A stretch of DNA of 63,906 nucleotides, the filler included, from Globobulimina sp. (Eukaryota): NCBI GenBank assembly GCA_003354225.1. It is 56 parts of 56 records of this genome, joined end to end, with 100 filler letters (N's around TTAATTAATTAA, not from the genome) between each part and the next. Parts side by side here need not be neighbours in the genome. Positions count along the whole stretch, not along the records: positions 10,297 to 11,340 come from PIVH01024993.1; positions 11,441 to 12,484 come from PIVH01024994.1; positions 12,585 to 13,628 come from PIVH01024995.1; positions 13,729 to 14,771 come from PIVH01024996.1; positions 14,872 to 15,914 come from PIVH01024997.1; positions 16,015 to 17,057 come from PIVH01024998.1; positions 17,158 to 18,200 come from PIVH01024999.1; positions 18,301 to 19,343 come from PIVH01025000.1; 48 more parts are not named here. One strand, 5' to 3'. Made by a program: the position numbers and the translations under genes. Position 1 is the first letter of the stretch. Every line of letters begins with the position of its first letter. Positions 10,700-24,016 of the stretch are shown one piece after another. The notes under the pieces are model-generated. The model was given only the letters and a program-made list of their open reading frames with translations. It searched no databases and had not been told where the DNA came from.

Positions 10700-11440
10700 T
10701 TAAAAGTAAATGATAATTTTCCAAGTGTTTTCAACTGCACTGCCTGCTTGAATCAGCATGTCAAGCCTAGAATTAATTACATCCACACAACAAAAGAATG
10801 TTATTTCATAGTTTAAAATTAGAGTAAGACGTTTACAACAAATATACAACAAAAAGAATAAAATTGGAACTATAGAAAGATGGATATAATACAAATTGAT
10901 CTAAAAGATAGATTGAGAACAAAATAATGCAAAATAAGGTAATAGAACCAATCAGAAAAAAATAATATAATAAATCCAAGAAATAGAGACTTGGAATACG
11001 ATTATAAGTATAACACAAATAAAACAAATGTAATATATTGTGATCAATAAATTGATGAATATAGATTGTGATCAATAATACGAGTATACAAAGATAGAAA
11101 TATATCAATAATGATCGATCAAATCAAAAAGAAACAAAATTGAATGTATATAATGTAAAGATTCCGTTTGCTAGACATTCCCCTTTTTTTTCCGTTCAGC
11201 TCCCTCCCGCAGTTTTGCACTATTCCGCCTTATCGTATTGCGATCTAATCCGTATTGCGATGTATTATCTACAATATCAGCATCCGATGAGTCATCGGAA
11301 GAGGGAGTTCCTGGGCTTTCTGCTATATTTTTATCGGATANNNNNNNNNNNNNNNNNNNNNNNNNNNNNNNNNNNNNNNNNNNNTTAATTAATTAANNNN
11401 NNNNNNNNNNNNNNNNNNNNNNNNNNNNNNNNNNNNNNNN

Positions 11441-12046
11441 ATCACAGACATCTATTGATGGCGGATTACTGAAGACGGAATAACAGGATGTTGTCTTTCC
11501 AGGACCGAAATCGGGAAACCATTGGGACATTTTCCGATTTAATTCGACAACCTTCATATCCCGGTCAATCATAACCACACCAACATTGAGATTATTCATT
11601 ATGGCAGTAAGTTTTTCAGTTCGATGTGATACTTTTTTCTCGAGTTCGATTTTGCTGGCATTCATATGTTGATCCAATACCAGATGTCTCAAAGCATTTT
11701 CCACAGTTATGAGTACTACATTTTTAGTTATCGGCTTAATGACATATCCATACACACCGACAGTCATGATTTCACTTGCTATTTCATGGGAGTCAAGTCC
11801 AGTGATCACAACCCGACCGATATGGGGGTACTGTTTTTTTGTATATTGTAAAAGCTCTAGCCCCGACTCTCCCGGCATTTTCAAATCGCTCAAAAGAAGA
11901 TCGAAGGTATTCGAAGCTAGAATTTTTTTTGCTTCTTCGGAACTTCCACAAGTGCGACACTCATATTCTGCACCTGCCAGATATTTGGTCAAGAGTTTCT
12001 GTGTGGGAAGTTCGTCATCAACAATTAAGATTTTTGCTCTCATCAT
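11441..12046 (-). CDS. Response regulator receiver plus PAS domain protein, N-terminal fragment (bacterial)
   Basis: KILIVDDE..DLLLSDLKMPGESG..ITG..KP then PAS (LTAIMNNLNVGVVMIDRD..N); ATGA overlap with the upstream gene. Confidence 0.93.
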
Positions 12047-12484
12047 TTGACTCCTTGCATATTCTTTGCCTCATCCAAGACCCTTCGTACTGTTTTTGCC
12101 AGATCCTCTTGAATAATCGGTTTTTTGGCAAGTGCTTTGATACCGATTTCTGACGCTTTTCTCTCTGAAAGTCTTGTACTATAACCAGTATACAGAATGA
12201 TGGGGATATCCGGTCTGATCTCTATGAGTTCTTTGGACAACTGATCTCCAGTCATTTGAGGCATAGTCACATCACTAATTACCAGATCAAAATGATTTGG
12301 TTTCGATTTGAATAACTCTAAAGCGTCTACACTACTTGTTCTTGTTGTAACAGAATAACCGAGTTGGCGGAGCATCCGACTGGTAATTTTGACTATCGGG
12401 GCCTCATCGTCGACAAATAAAATTCGTTCCTGACCTGTAGGTAGCTCATATGATTTGAATTTAAGAGGAGTATTACTCACTCTG
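12043..12484 (-). CDS. C-terminal receiver domain of a hybrid sensor histidine kinase (bacterial)
   Basis: LPTGQERILFVDDE..FDLVISD.TMP.MTG..L..EL..IRPDIPIIL.TGYS..KP..VRRVLD, characteristic of deltaproteobacterial hybrid kinases. Confidence 0.92.
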
Positions 12485-12812
12485 NNNNNNNNNNNNNNNN
12501 NNNNNNNNNNNNNNNNNNNNNNNNNNNNTTAATTAATTAANNNNNNNNNNNNNNNNNNNNNNNNNNNNNNNNNNNNNNNNNNNNTTTGTATTCCAATGGT
12601 TACGCCATTCGGGTCTCTTATTTGGCTGGACGAGTTTCCGTGTATTTTGTTTTTATTTGTATCTAACTTCGGTGTCCCTGTGGTTGCAGTGTCCCAGGTA
12701 GTCAGTGTGCAACGATTCCATCGACTCTTGATCATCAATAAAGCGATTGCACACGCGAAGATGAAACAATTGAATAGAAAAAGACCCGAAATTATGTTTC
12801 GTAACGCCATCT

Positions 12813-13628
12813 TTGATGAAACAACCATTAAAGAATTCATCGGCGTCTCCCACCAAATATTACAAAGAAGACTATGAAGAAATGCTCCATTATGTGAAAA
12901 CCAGTAAATTGGTATATATTATGCCAACCCAATCTTCAACCTATCAAAACATATTGGATCGAATGAAAAAGAAACACGCGGCTGCTATGCCACGACCGCA
13001 AGACGTTACACGCCCTGTAAAAGAATTACTGTCTGCTTTCTGCAAACAGGTGGCAGTGAGTAAAGTGGCTGCTTTCCGAAAAGGGCGCGATTGGGTAAAT
13101 TACAAGAAATTGGTGTTGCATTATGATCTACGAACCTCTCCCTTTATTGCGTCTGCAACAAATAAAAATACCAATACCAACACAAATGATAGTGATGAGA
13201 ACGAGGACGATCATAATGCAGATAAAGAAGGAGAGGATACCGAAGACGGCGATGAATTAACCATCGATGCGGCATATACTCTCTCCCAAAATCCTGAGTT
13301 TGGCGTTACTGGGTCGCATTCGCAGCAATCCAATCCAAACGTTTTAGATCTCAGTGATGAGCATAGCACAGCGGATGCCAAGGAATCAGATAAAAAGGAG
13401 CGAGATTGCGATAGTTCGGCATCGCAACATACAAATGCAAGAACGCGAAACCATAGAAACGCCCGTTCAGTGATCCGAACAACGCAAACCCAGCAAACTG
13501 ACCAAACTGAGCAAACCCAACATGATTATACAGATGTTACTGATCCGCAACACCCATTTTACTCCACCGATCTCTCAAAATTTATGATTGATGAGAGTCC
13601 GAAACGATGCCCGATGAATTTCGATGTC
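12813..13628 (+). CDS. Hypothetical protein fragment, possibly frameshifted continuation of 12596-12877
   Basis: Long open frame overlapping an upstream ORF in another frame; no recognisable domain. Confidence 0.45.
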
Positions 13629-16112
13629 NNNNNNNNNNNNNNNNNNNNNNNNNNNNNNNNNNNNNNNNNNNNTTAATTAATTAANNNNNNNNNNNNNNNN
13701 NNNNNNNNNNNNNNNNNNNNNNNNNNNNGATCTTGTTTTATCTCTTGATGGCTTATTTAATTCTTCGTATACTCTCTTCATTTCCTGTTGATCGATGACA
13801 TAAATTGATGGCATTTGGTTGTTTGGATGTTTTTCATTGTAATGTATATTGATATTTGGTCCATTTGATGATGGTGAATACTTACTTGATTTTAGCTTTT
13901 TTCGAGTTAGCTTTTTTGACGAAGAAAATAAAATAAATTAAATAAAACTTGTTTTGACAACCAGTTGTGATTCGACTGTTGCAATTGATTCGAATTTCAG
14001 CCGATTTAATGATATATCCCATTGGATACCCCAACTTCGTTCCTTCTCCACGATTAGATAACACTTTTGGATAAATGTGTGTAAATATTTACAAAGAAAT
14101 GCAGCTGAAACGTAGGACATTTTGTTCAAAATGTCCTACCTGAACTCATAATCAGCTTAAATTAGTTACAGTAGTGTTCCTGACTAATATATATATTATT
14201 TGAGATAATTAAAGAAATGGTGGGATTTAGTCAACTGTGGTGCGATTTAGAAACGATGAGAAACAGATCTAGATAGAAATGATAGAAAAAGTTGTGATGT
14301 GTGTACACAAATTCGTTTTTGTTATGTGGCATTGTATTATATTGATATTGTGAGTTGTGTTGTGAAACTTTTTAAATCCAGCCAGACAGCATCCATGCTT
14401 GATTTCTAAATGTTAAGATTTAATAGTCACTAAAACTGTGAGCTATTTGCATGAAGTCGGAACATCAATGACAGGCCTTTATAATTCTATCGCTATGCCA
14501 TTCCCATTCCATTAATTGAAGCATTTTGCAATGGATACTCGCTTCGCTTCGGATCGACAGCTAGCTAGTTTAATATTATTATATAGTGATTGGTCGCATC
14601 AGATCGCAAATATATTCATTCTCAGATATTGTAGCTAGCACATTCATGTTGTTCCAATTCAATTCAATTCATTCAATTCTAATAATTGCATAAAAATGTC
14701 ATGCAAAATATTTCATTCAATGTTGACAAATCATACATCGAAAAATCATATATTACATTGAGATTGGTGATNNNNNNNNNNNNNNNNNNNNNNNNNNNNN
14801 NNNNNNNNNNNNNNNTTAATTAATTAANNNNNNNNNNNNNNNNNNNNNNNNNNNNNNNNNNNNNNNNNNNNGACATGTACAGCAATAAACAATTAACGAA
14901 CTTTTATATATATATTATTGTAGCCATTTGTTTATTTTTTTACGTCTGAAAATTGAGTATCCATCGTATATTTGCAATTGGCAGACATACAGATTGCATA
15001 TAAAAATTCCTCGCCTTAATTCATTTGCAAAATGTCCAATATTCAACAAAAAGCAAGCAACTGTCATACCAATTGGAATAATGGCATATGAATATGAAGA
15101 GAGTCAATGATATGTAATATAATTTAGTCAATGCTGAGTGAGATATGTAATATATTTTGATGGCTCTCAACAATACACAATGATCGACTCAATATTATTA
15201 TTACAATGAGATAGAATAGAATTGTTTTGTCCATCTCATTGCACCATAATATATCAAACATATGCAACCAATCATAAACAGCAGCATTATATATTTTTTA
15301 TATTCTTTATTTTTGTTATAATTGTTGGCAGTACGCATAAGAATGTCCATTAATTTGATAAATGGATATGACATAATTTACAACATAGTTAAGAAGGGCA
15401 AAAACCATAACCAGCCAAAGCCAACATGAATAAAACATTTTTTCCAAAAATCAAAAAATAAAAATTGAATATTAAAATGATATCATTTTTTTGTGTTCAG
15501 ATCCATTTTTTAAATGTAATACCCGTTGTTTTAGATACATGGCAGGAATAAAAAATAACAGAGTTGATATAAGTAATGGAATGATTAGGTATGAAATACG
15601 ACATATTAAATTTAATATTATATTGCCTTTTTTTAAGTCCTTTCACCATGCCACTGATCATAAAAAATAATGGTAAGCCAACAGATTTAATTCATGCTCA
15701 ATTGGGCCTTTTTTACGATAGTTTAAACTGTTTAATACCCCTTATTGTTAACACTCTTGAAGTGATTCTTCGACAGTCTGTAATTTTTGTAATTATTAGT
15801 GTTAGTTCCGTCGTATTTGGAATATAAAACCATTGAAAGTATCCTCCCCTCGGCGCGAGAAACATTTGTTTTCAGCAAAAAGTTGAATATTTGCGGCGTG
15901 ATAGTGGCCTCAGANNNNNNNNNNNNNNNNNNNNNNNNNNNNNNNNNNNNNNNNNNNNTTAATTAATTAANNNNNNNNNNNNNNNNNNNNNNNNNNNNNN
16001 NNNNNNNNNNNNNNAAGCGCCCCGTTTATATCTAAACCTTGTGCTACTTTTGCCTGTTTTTCTAGATCGCTATGTATAAGCTGATGCCTACTTATCAGTT
16101 CTTGAATGGAAG

Positions 16113-17057
16113 TTGTATTTCGATGAAAGGAATAATGTTCGAAAAACGAGATTTAGTTTTAAAGGGAAAGAGCATTCCTATGATTATGTAGAAAGTTTAT
16201 CGCGTTCATTACAGCACAGTAGTTATGAAAGGAGAGATTTGTTGCTTTATTGTGCACGAATATCGTTTGAATTTAATGTTGACGCAATACAAAAGTGTTT
16301 GAATAGTTTGAATGTGATGAATTGTTATAACTATATTATATCTAAACAATTTGAGAATGAATGCAAAGAAACTGAGAAATGGTATGGTACAAAATATAAA
16401 ACCGACATATTTGACAGAGATTTGATAAACAGAATCAATAATATTTGCGGTGAGGATAATATTGGAAACGAATTACATGCACCATTTCCAAATAAATATA
16501 TTGCTGAAAAGTTTGAAATCATTCAAGCTGAGCCTGCTGAGGAAAAAAATGCTGATGCTGCAGGGCCAAGAATCGTTCATTCAGATAGTAAATGTATTGT
16601 ATATTTCAAGAAAGATAATATTTTTCTTAGACCCAAACTTTGTTTCTCGATAAAGATTATTTCTCCGTATTTGGATGAAACCGTTTTATCGCAGAATTTA
16701 ACCAATTTATTATTTTTAATATTTGATGATGAATTAAGTGAAGATATTTATGATTTTACTGAAGCGGATTTGTCCGTTGTTGTTAAATATTATGGACAGA
16801 ATTCAATATATTTAGCATTCAATGGTTACAATGATAAATTACACGTTTTGGTTGAAACTGTGTTGAATAAATTTGCAAATTTTAAAATAAAAAAACAAAA
16901 ATTTGAAATCAATAAAGAAAGACTACGGCAAAGTTTGTGTTCCAAATTATCAGTTGACGCATATAAACAAATTGGAATAATTGGTGGATATTTGTATTAT
17001 AAAAAAACAAATTCAATTTTTGAATTAATTGATAATATTCAAAATAGCAAAGAAATA
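16113..17057 (+). CDS. Insulysin/pitrilysin (peptidase M16) fragment
   Basis: ETEKWYGTKY, LH.P.PNKYIA..F, YFKKD..F..PK and F.GYNDKL..L match the IDE middle/third domain. Confidence 0.9.
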
Positions 17058-17486
17058 NNNNNNNNNNNNNNNNNNNNNNNNNNNNNNNNNNNNNNNNNNN
17101 NTTAATTAATTAANNNNNNNNNNNNNNNNNNNNNNNNNNNNNNNNNNNNNNNNNNNNTATCGCAGGATATTCCATGACACAGAAGCACTTGAATTTTGTA
17201 CATAAATCCAAAATGCCATCGCAAATGCCATCGTGATGTCTGTTTTTAAAAAAAGGATTGTTTTTACTTACTAACTCAAGCTGAATCCAGCTTCAATGTA
17301 TTGCAAAGTTGAGATTGTTTGGTAGAAATGCATAATGATACGAATATGAGGATCGATTGCAATATTTATTATAAAGGAATATGGAAGAAATAAGTAGATT
17401 AGTAGAAGGACAAGTGGTCGTTGGTACTGGTGGCGTGAAGGTGTTTGTTATGAAAGATATTTATTTAAATATAATTTATCGTATTT

Positions 17487-17620
17487 TTATTTAATTTATC
17501 GTATTTGCGCAAAAATGCCGCAATTTTCTTTTGATATTAATGAATTGTCAACAGTTTCTAAGGTGCAAGGATGTATCAAAAAATTGCGGCATTTATGCGC
17601 AAATACGATAAATTAAATAA
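17487..17620. repeat. Long inverted repeat (fold-back), inner arms about 47-50 bp
   Basis: TTATTTAATTTATCGTATTTGCGCA.AAATGCCGCAATTTT..TTGATA (17487-17536) against its reverse complement at 17574-17620. Confidence 0.88.
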
Positions 17621-18300
17621 TTTTGATGTAAACGATCCTTGCAATTAACAAGACAACTTTCTTGATCAATCATCTTTCAACACCTTGTCCCTTTAATTTA
17701 TATACCTATTTCTTCCATATTCCCATCACAAATTCCTTATATATATAGATCCCAATTTCGCTGGCCATTGATAGCAAAATATTTATGCGGATATGCGTAT
17801 GATGCAATATTGCTATATGGCACATCCCAAATAATTAATATCACAACTATCCATACGTATAGACGCAATATTTCATATTTCCATATAAGTTTCAAATCTG
17901 TAGATAATGTCCTGGATTTTAGTAGATATAATGTCATGAGATGACCTTTCGATTCCAGTCATTCCACATTCAATGTCTTATTTACGCGCTGCCAGTGGCT
18001 TGACATTTCCTCATAAAGTCTGAAAAACGTCACTGGGATGGCATTTTAGAAAACTAGTCGAACAAGGATGGCATTTTCAAATAGTCAATATCGTGTCGCA
18101 AAAAAAACTGGGACAACGCAATGTGTATCGATTTGTATTTGCACCGATATGATTACATTTTGGTAACCGCCGCATATACGATATGAATCAATTCGAGCAT
18201 NNNNNNNNNNNNNNNNNNNNNNNNNNNNNNNNNNNNNNNNNNNNTTAATTAATTAANNNNNNNNNNNNNNNNNNNNNNNNNNNNNNNNNNNNNNNNNNNN

Positions 18301-18695
18301 CACTCGTTTTAGATCATGGTGAATATGAATGGAAATTTAAAATTAAAAAGGTGGCAACATGGTTAATGATAGGAATTTATAATGAAAGTAATAACAATCC
18401 ACAATCATGTCTTCAAACTAATTTAGGTTACAAGGAATATGCATATACATTTTATTCATATGATGGTAATCCCAATGTGACTGATGATAAAAATTGCAAT
18501 GAGTGGATAGAAACATATGGTGTAGGATTGAAAGATAATGATACTGTTGTAATGAAAATTGATTTTGCTTCTTTATGCTTATCATACACTATAAATGGAA
18601 AAGATTATGGCAAAGCATGTAATTTTAAACAAGGCAAATACAGAGCTGCAATAAGTGCAGCTTACAGTGGATGTGCAGTAGAAATAATTGATTGA
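18301..18695 (+). CDS. SPRY/B30.2-like domain, C-terminal fragment
   Basis: YEWKFKI..MIGI..YG..LK.ND.V.M.IDF...LSY.INGKDYG.A....GKYRAAIS. Confidence 0.8.
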
Positions 18696-18897
18696 TTGAT
18701 TGATTTGTGTCATTATGAGAGAAACTTCAGAGTGAATTGTTTGTCTATGTTTGAACGACTTGATTTAGGCGAATATCAAGGCTCTACACACCAACAATTT
18801 AAAATAAAATTACAAAAATGGAAACAAGAATGTGATCGAAGAAAATAGTTGTAATCAAATATATAAATTTATAGAAAATTCAAAATTCAAAATCGAA

Positions 18898-19343
18898 TTA
18901 ATGTTTTTTATTATGATTAATTTCCATAAAATAGATGGCGTCCCACACACCAACTTCCCTCAAATATTCATAAGCGTCTTCGAACTGTATCACCACCGAT
19001 TCTTTCAATATTTTATGGTCGCCCAACTCTTTCACCAAAGTGCAAATCTGATAAAAAAACTGCATACAACATTGAATGGCAAAGTGCATCCTTGTAAACA
19101 CAGGAAACGTTTTCGATAAACGCTCCAATTCGGCACACAACAATTCATATTTATGAGTATCCGATTGCGACTCAGTAATATCAGTCCAATTCAACAATTC
19201 AAAGTTGACTACAAACTCATTGATCAATACACCAACACCACTGCACGGCTCTGGCGGTAATTGCTTCAAACTCAACGCCAACTCTTTCAGAAACAGAGGG
19301 GAAATCATCTCATTATTCTCCAACGGCTGGCCATGGCAATACA
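18898..19343 (-). CDS. Hypothetical protein, C-terminal fragment
   Basis: Open frame of more than 140 codons, convergent with the SPRY gene. Confidence 0.5.
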
Positions 19344-19660
19344 NNNNNNNNNNNNNNNNNNNNNNNNNNNNNNNNNNNNNNNNNNNNTTAATTAATTAAN
19401 NNNNNNNNNNNNNNNNNNNNNNNNNNNNNNNNNNNNNNNNNNNAAAAGTCGTTTCTTGCAAAAAGTAAATCGGAAAGGGTCGATTTTAGATTGTCCCAAA
19501 TGTGATTTCTGTTTCGTCGTAGAGACTTTTAGATGAAATTCTCTCGTAAAAATCATATTTAGGATCGCCAATCTAAAAGACAGTGGAGACATGGTAACGG
19601 TCTCGAAAAATGGTTAGTTGGACATTCTCAATTATCTTAGAAAACTTTAACAAGTTTGCA

Positions 19661-20467
19661 ATGGCGTCTTCAAAAGCTAGTACTAGCAATCACAGTGTAT
19701 TAGCAACAAAATTAAACAATGAGTTAGAATATTTAGTGATTGGTTATATTCGATCCAATATCGAGGAGAATAAAAGATTTAACTTAAGAAAGATTATTCC
19801 GAATGGAATAAAATTATTATTGGCAAAATTTTATGGTTTAGGTTGGATTTACAGCTCCATTATAAATTTCAATGAAATGAACATGTTATCATCATTATTG
19901 TCAACACGGCTTAACATAAATAATACGTTTTCATTGAAGTTATTGTATAGAAGTTCTCGCGATGGATGCAACTCATTCACATTCCATGCGCTGTGCGATA
20001 ATATTCCGGCGACGCTCACAATTATACATTCAAAAGAATTTAATCATGTTTTTGGAGGATTTACAAGTCAGCCATGGATAAAACAAAACAAATCAATTAA
20101 AAAAAATGACATTAAAGATTATAAAAATGACACTTTCTTATTTCTATTAAGATCACACTGTGATACAATGAAGACATATCTACCTCGAATATTTGAATTG
20201 AAACAAGCAATAAAAAATCCTGTCATTGTGCAGCATGGATGTTCATTAGGTCCTTGCTTTGGATTTGAAGATATTCATATTTTATCCAATATGAGTGATA
20301 TTCATACTTATTTCGGTGGATCATTCGATTTATTGTACAATACAAGGAATACGAAAACACTGCCATTAAGTGGTAGAACCGAACATGGCCCACTTCAACG
20401 AGGATTTGTAGACCATTTTCAAGCATATAAAATTGAAGTTTTTCAGTTAACCATCCAAAAAAAATAA
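19661..20467 (+). CDS. TLDc domain protein
   Basis: LLYRSSRDG....FHALCDN..TLTII.S....VFGGFTS.PW, FLF.L, GPCFG..DI and IEVFQL. Confidence 0.92.
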   Translation: MASSKASTSNHSVLATKLNNELEYLVIGYIRSNIEENKRFNLRKIIPNGIKLLLAKFYGLGWIYSSIINFNEMNMLSSLLSTRLNINNTFSLKLLYRSSRDGCNSFTFHALCDNIPATLTIIHSKEFNHVFGGFTSQPWIKQNKSIKKNDIKDYKNDTFLFLLRSHCDTMKTYLPRIFELKQAIKNPVIVQHGCSLGPCFGFEDIHILSNMSDIHTYFGGSFDLLYNTRNTKTLPLSGRTEHGPLQRGFVDHFQAYKIEVFQLTIQKK

Positions 20468-20768
20468 TATTTATATAGTATAGGACNNNNNNNNNNNNNN
20501 NNNNNNNNNNNNNNNNNNNNNNNNNNNNNNTTAATTAATTAANNNNNNNNNNNNNNNNNNNNNNNNNNNNNNNNNNNNNNNNNNNNTATATATTAGCTGT
20601 ATAATATATAATATTAGTACTAATATGCGTACCTCTTATCGGGAACACTACTGTATCGACTGCATGACATTTCTGACTGGCCAAATGCTCTCGTAGCATG
20701 TTGGAAGTGTCTATGCCCCCTTTTTTATTTTCACAACACACGGATAACTTTTAGTTAACGTATGAAGC

Positions 20769-20904
20769 TGTTGACGCGCTCAAAGTAGCACCCCCTTTTT
20801 AACAACACACGTTTTAAACAACGGTCAAAGTGTTGACGCGCTCGAAGTAGCACCATTATTTGTATGCTCAAAGAAGCACAAATATATACGCGCTCGAAGT
20901 AGCA
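20769..20904. repeat. Four degenerate direct repeats of (TGTTG)ACGCGCTCRAAGTAGCACC
   Basis: Copies at 20769-20792, 20831-20854 (23/24 identical), 20864-20879 and 20888-20904. Confidence 0.8.
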
Positions 20905-21756
20905 AGGGTACCCACACGGACTATAAATAGTCTTTGTAAAAAATGAACGTTCAAATGAATTAAAATTAAAAATAAATATGAACAGAATTTGGTGGAGCAA
21001 AACAAAGCTCTGATATTAGAAAATCAAAAACAAACAAAATTACCCAGCGATGCATTATTACAAATCCACAATAATCCATCAAAAACACCCGATTATACAC
21101 AGTTCATATCCATGAAAAAAGCATATTGGATAAATTTACGGTGAGATTCCCGGCAGAAAATGCCGATGTCTTCGAGTATTTCACTCGCATCGACCTATAT
21201 AAAGTAAAAAATCCGAATGTAATGAATCGCCTCTTATTTGGTAATGTGATCAAATCTTTGCCGACTAAATGCCGAGGTCGCGATTGGAGGAATGGATAAT
21301 TTATCGTAATGAGCAGCTGTATGACAAGGTTGCCTCACATCCACATTTTGACGTTTTATAGGAGGCAGAACAAACCAACGTTCGTGCAAACTATTTGCGC
21401 ACAATCAACTTCGACGTCTATAAAAATTGGATATTATCCATTTTCACCATAATCGCTGACCATACCACATTTGAGTCATTGTTCCAATGCATTAATATTC
21501 GATATCATGAAAATCCATCGGATTTATTACGTCGCCTTCAACAATATTTCATCCAAATTACCGCTATCGTGGAAATATTGAATAGTACGACGTACAGTAA
21601 AACCACCTATAAGGCTGCGGACCGGTCACNNNNNNNNNNNNNNNNNNNNNNNNNNNNNNNNNNNNNNNNNNNNTTAATTAATTAANNNNNNNNNNNNNNN
21701 NNNNNNNNNNNNNNNNNNNNNNNNNNNNNCCACTGTTCAGATCCACAAAGATCAGA

Positions 21757-22557
21757 ATGTTGTTGACGAAGATGAGTCGGTTTGTTATTGATAAAGTATT
21801 GAAAAATGAATGGGATGGAATTGCTGCCACTAAATGGACGGAATTAGAAACAAATACGTTTTCTTATACCTTTAGTCCGCCCCAAATGAGCAAAATGGTG
21901 AATTTCCCGTTGGATTATATCAAATCTGAAGACATATTGTTTGAAGATATAAACTCAAATAAAATTGCAATCAGTGGCGAGAAAATGATATTTGTTGACA
22001 GAGTGATTAGGTTAAATACGAGCATTAATGTAAATGTGCGGGTGGAAGCATTGCCGGATATGGATAGTGAGGCGAAGCAACATCATGTTGTGATTATTGG
22101 TGTTACAGTTTGTGATCAGCATAAGAATGAGTTAGATACTGTTTATATATCCGACCGGTGTGTGATTTATAGAAATAACTGTTATTTGAATATGTTATCC
22201 TCAGCGAACCATATAATGTTGGAAAATGATTCTGAAATTGGAGTGAATGTGGATTATAGAGCCGACATAACAAAAATTAAATTTTTGCATTTGTGTAAAG
22301 GTAAACGTTATAAGCACAATGAAAGAGAACTTGTTTTGGATGATTTGGTGCATAAAAAACACTCGTTTTTGAAAATATTTGTTCATCAATTTTATGGTAA
22401 AGGTATTTATTCAATTTATGAGATTTTGCCCATTCAAACGGAAAAGTCGAAACGAATTGCAATGAAAAAAGAGAAAACTAATAAAAAAGTGATAAGAAAA
22501 TCTGGTAATAAATCAATTAGAAATGTAATGAATAGAAAACGCAGAAAAAGTGTTTGA
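21757..22557 (+). CDS. Hypothetical protein, 266 aa, basic C-terminus
   Basis: Complete long ORF; no confident domain. Confidence 0.6.
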   Translation: MLLTKMSRFVIDKVLKNEWDGIAATKWTELETNTFSYTFSPPQMSKMVNFPLDYIKSEDILFEDINSNKIAISGEKMIFVDRVIRLNTSINVNVRVEALPDMDSEAKQHHVVIIGVTVCDQHKNELDTVYISDRCVIYRNNCYLNMLSSANHIMLENDSEIGVNVDYRADITKIKFLHLCKGKRYKHNERELVLDDLVHKKHSFLKIFVHQFYGKGIYSIYEILPIQTEKSKRIAMKKEKTNKKVIRKSGNKSIRNVMNRKRRKSV

Positions 22558-22872
22558 TAGAAATATTGTTAATTTGTGTATCTTTAATTTGAAATATTTG
22601 TGTAAACGAATATAGAGAATTACAATTTAGTTTGTAAATGAAAAGGCTTCCCTTTCTCAGTACTTTGTGTGTATTTTAATTTATTTTAATTTACAGTTTT
22701 TAAAGTTTTCGTTTTTTCGCCAGTCACCAAAAACGGTTTGCTTGACGTTTCTTCGACCGTTGCCAAATAACANNNNNNNNNNNNNNNNNNNNNNNNNNNN
22801 NNNNNNNNNNNNNNNNTTAATTAATTAANNNNNNNNNNNNNNNNNNNNNNNNNNNNNNNNNNNNNNNNNNNN

Positions 22873-23915
22873 CTCTTTGAACAAACGGAAAAAATCAAGA
22901 AAAAAAAGGAGAACGCCCCAAAAAGGTATGGACAAATCGGCAGTGAACTTTGTCACTGATTTACCAGCGATTGTATGGACCATTCATAATTTACTAAATT
23001 TGTATTATGATTTTAAAACATTCACATTAAACAACGAGGAAAATGTCAAACTATTTATTTCCTTTTTAAATATAGCACAGATTACATTTAATTTACTTGA
23101 CTTTATCACACCGCTACAATATGGATATCACATTGCATTTCCATATGAAAATATGGATAATATATATAATAATTATTACCTACACACATTTAATAAATGG
23201 TGTGGTGGCAATTTATTATCAAACATCTCGGCAATAATATCCCTATCGACTTATAAAATATGTTTAAATGATTATTGTATTTTAAGTAAATATTTATTAC
23301 AAATCATTCGACATTTTCCTGCCAACAAACAACACCAAATATGGAGCAATTTAGGTTTAATCACCGTGGATAATAATATTTGCGATACAAATATTATCAG
23401 TTTGTTATATAAAAACGTGTTTTGTAAATTTAATATCTTGTCACATAAAGACTGGCAATCGATTATGAAGCAATATTTGAATGGATATGCCGCGTTATCT
23501 TATTTTCAACAGAAAAAAAAACAATTATCGCATGATGCAATCAATGAATATAATTCAAGCGTATCTTCCTTGCAAGAATGCACTAAATGTATGCAGATAT
23601 TTGAGTTATTTTTACATGGAATCAATTATTTTCTGCGTATCATTGATGACGAACAATTTCATAAATATAATATTCCATTCACCCCCGATATTTGGGTCGT
23701 ATTTATTAACACATTTAAATATATTTCTTTTGTATCGTATTGGAAATATTATAGCTATTTTAACAAATTCCATGCATATTTTAAACGCATTTCACAGAAA
23801 AAATATAAAATACCGCTATCTGCATTGAATTTATTAGAGATTTATAACGAGAAATTCGAGCAATTTGTATCGAGTGTAACCTGTGTTTTTGCCTGTTTAC
23901 GTGATAGAAATTCAC
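22873..23915 (+). CDS. Probable UBE3B/UBE3C-type HECT ligase, region upstream of the HECT domain
   Basis: L.IIDDEQF...PF and the terminal V...LRDRNS resemble the conserved pre-HECT segments (LDD.EF; L..RD.RR) of UBE3B/C. Confidence 0.55.
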
Positions 23916-24016
23916 NNNNNNNNNNNNNNNNNNNNNNNNNNNNNNNNNNNNNNNNNNNNTTAATTAATTAANNNNNNNNNNNNNNNNNNNNNNNNNNNNN
24001 NNNNNNNNNNNNNNNG

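Noticed and set aside
11283-11299. Palindrome TCCGATGAGTCATCGGA
   Set aside because: A single 8-bp-arm palindrome is near chance expectation in 64 kb.
14872-15914. Membrane-protein-like gene
   Set aside because: The frames I read are interrupted and I could not build a consistent splice model.
20769-20904. Mini-CRISPR array
   Set aside because: Only two full repeats, spacers of 38, 9 and 8 nt, no cas genes, and a eukaryotic-like context.
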